Positions 57,097 to 58,540 of a DNA stretch of 58,540 nucleotides are shown in pieces. The notes under the pieces are model-generated. The model saw only the letters and a list, made by a program, of their open reading frames with translations, had not been told where the DNA came from and did no database searches. The DNA comes from Actinomycetes bacterium (GTDB lineage: Bacteria; Actinomycetota; Acidimicrobiia; Acidimicrobiales; RAAP-2), in NCBI GenBank assembly GCA_021838005.1, contig JAKCEK010000001.1, forward strand, positions 1-58,540. The letters are read 5' to 3'. A program made the translations under genes and the position numbers. Position 1 is the first letter of the stretch. Each line of letters opens with the position of its first letter.

Positions 57097-58540
57097 TCGT
57101 CCCGGCGCTTGGTCGAGGTGGGCGTCGCGCGCCGCTTGCGGTTCTTGCGCACGCTGTGACCGACCTCACCCAGCCGCGCAGCCGCGTCGTAGGCCTCGGG
57201 CTCGACCGCCACGATGCGCGCGAAGAGCTCGCGCGCGTTGGCGGTGTCGCCCGCCCGGTCGTAGACGTCGGCCAGCGCGTACCACAGTCGCACGTGGCGA
57301 AAGGACGGGTTTCGCAGCTTCTTCGCCGCCCCGGCCTTGACGAGGAGGTCGATCGCCTCGGGGTAGCGCCGCTCGTCGGCCCACGCGCCCGCGAGCACGA
57401 TGCGCGCCTCGGCGAGCACGTCGGCCCCGGGTTCGGCCTCGAGGAGCTCCTCGTAGACTCGCTCGACCGCCCGCCCGTGGCGCAGGGCCCGCTCGGCGTC
57501 CATCACCAGCGCCAGGTGCTCGGCGTCCCCGGTGATCTCGAAGTGGGCGCGCAGCTGGGACCGTGCGATCACCCAGCGTTCGGCCCGGTAGGCCGCCAGC
57601 CCCGCGAGCTCGCGCACCGCACCGACCCCCGGTACGAGGTCGGCGACGGCACGCGCGTGACGAAGAGCCTCCTCGTAGCGGTGGCGGTCATAGGCCTCCG
57701 CGGCCTTGGTCAACTCGTCGACCGCTCGCTCACGAGCGTGGGCGGTGCCGATGAAGGCGCGGCGCACCTCGCTCGCGACGTCGCCGGGCAGCGCGTAGGG
57801 CGCCCGCGGCGGGCGAGGCTCGCTCGGACGCTCGTTGCGCGCGGCGTCCTCACGCACCCATTCGGCCATGGGCGGCGGCCCGGCGGCCTCCCCACGCCGC
57901 GGCGCCGACACCTCGGGGTCGCCCATGGCCGCCGCGCCACGACGGGCCAGGCCCCCCCAACCCTTGGCGCGCGCCGCGCGCTCGATCTCGTCACGGCGGC
58001 TCTCTTCGGGCGACACGGGCCTCGGGCGACGAGCTACCGGGCCGCTGCGCGCCCGCGTGGGGCGGAACTCCTCGCGCGTCGGACGTCCGCTTGGACGAAC
58101 GTCGAACTCCCCGTTCCTCGGTCGCACCGGACGCTCGGCGTCGCGGGGGGGCCGGGGGCGTCCCGCCGTGCGATCGCCGTAGGGGCGAGGGGGGCGGCCC
58201 TCGCGCGAGTCGTAGGGGCGCCGGGAGCCGCTCGAGGGGCGCTCGGGGCGCTCGGCGTCGCGGGGGGCCCGGGGGCGTCCCGCCGTGCGATCGCCGTAGG
58301 GGCGAGGGGGGCGGCCCTCGCGCGAGTCGTAGGGGCGCCGGGAGCCGCTCGAGGGGCGCTCGGGGCGCTCGGCGTCGCGGGGGGCCCGGGGGCGTCCCGC
58401 CGTGCGATCGCCGTAGGGGCGCGGGGGGCGGCCCTCGCGCGAGTCGTAGGGGCGCCGGGAGCCGCTCGAGGGGCGCTCGGGGCGCTCGGCGTCTCGGGGG
58501 GCCCGGGGGCGTCCCGCCGTGCGATCGCCGTAGGGGCGAG
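57093..58540 (-). CDS. TPR-repeat protein with long Arg/Pro-rich repetitive N-terminus (5' end outside window)
   Basis: Helical TPR-like C-terminus (VRELAGLAAY, RLWYALADVY); the frame stays open from 58538 through the repeats. Confidence 0.8.
   Translation of the reverse strand, partial: RPYGDRTAGRPRAPRDAERPERPSSGSRRPYDSREGRPPRPYGDRTAGRPRAPRDAERPERPSSGSRRPYDSREGRPPRPYGDRTAGRPRAPRDAERPERPSSGSRRPYDSREGRPPRPYGDRTAGRPRPPRDAERPVRPRNGEFDVRPSGRPTREEFRPTRARSGPVARRPRPVSPEESRRDEIERAARAKGWGGLARRGAAAMGDPEVSAPRRGEAAGPPPMAEWVREDAARNERPSEPRPPRAPYALPGDVASEVRRAFIGTAHARERAVDELTKAAEAYDRHRYEEALRHARAVADLVPGVGAVRELAGLAAYRAERWVIARSQLRAHFEITGDAEHLALVMDAERALRHGRAVERVYEELLEAEPGADVLAEARIVLAGAWADERRYPEAIDLLVKAGAAKKLRNPSFRHVRLWYALADVYDRAGDTANARELFARIVAVEPEAYDAAARLGEVGHSVRKNRKRRATPTSTKRRDD
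58132..58540 (-). repeat. Coding tandem repeat, 117-bp unit, at least 3.5 near-identical copies
   Basis: cgatcgccgtagggg recurs at 58171, 58288, 58405 and 58522; unit RPYGDRTAGRPRAPRDAERPERPSSGSRRPYDSREGRPP. Confidence 0.95.

Noticed and set aside
58132-58540. 117-bp repeats as a CRISPR array or mobile-element end
   Set aside because: Units are contiguous with no unique spacers, the length is a multiple of 3 within an open frame, and no cas or transposase genes are present

Overview
High-GC actinobacterial chromosomal DNA, most likely Acidimicrobiia (inferred from gene content and order). I found no rRNA, tRNA, CRISPR array or transposase. From left to right: (i) 3' end of trmI, a ferredoxin and a complete Pup-proteasome locus (arc-dop-pup-prcB-prcA-pafA) running straight into tatB-tatC-helY and a double-domain thyX, with no pafBC; (ii) mixed housekeeping and hypothetical genes (DUF4193, GNAT, a repeat-rich protein, HtrA, SDR, a crcB pair); (iii) a ~22 kb catabolic region, 18.8-40.7 kb; (iv) an ABC-2 exporter, gcvT/PA/PB, thiG/thiD, the gcvH-garA-merR-DUF151 block, fbaB, a DinB protein and a TPR protein with 117-bp tandem repeats cut by the window end. 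The best candidate for an undescribed system is in (iii). An APC permease, a PuuD-like gamma-glutamyl hydrolase and a P450 lie on the left. A GS-like gamma-glutamyl ligase, a homoprotocatechuate-type meta-cleavage operon, an ADC-superfamily enzyme and a MarR regulator lie on the right. Both halves share a palindromic operator-like motif (TCGTTTG-N4-CAAACGA, three copies) and are separated by a 3-hydroxybutyrate uptake/utilisation module whose livF carries an in-frame TAG. The gene set fits a gamma-glutamyl-protected arylethylamine (tyramine/dopamine-type) ring-cleavage pathway; that assignment is inference, not demonstrated. All family calls come from motif recognition without database searches.
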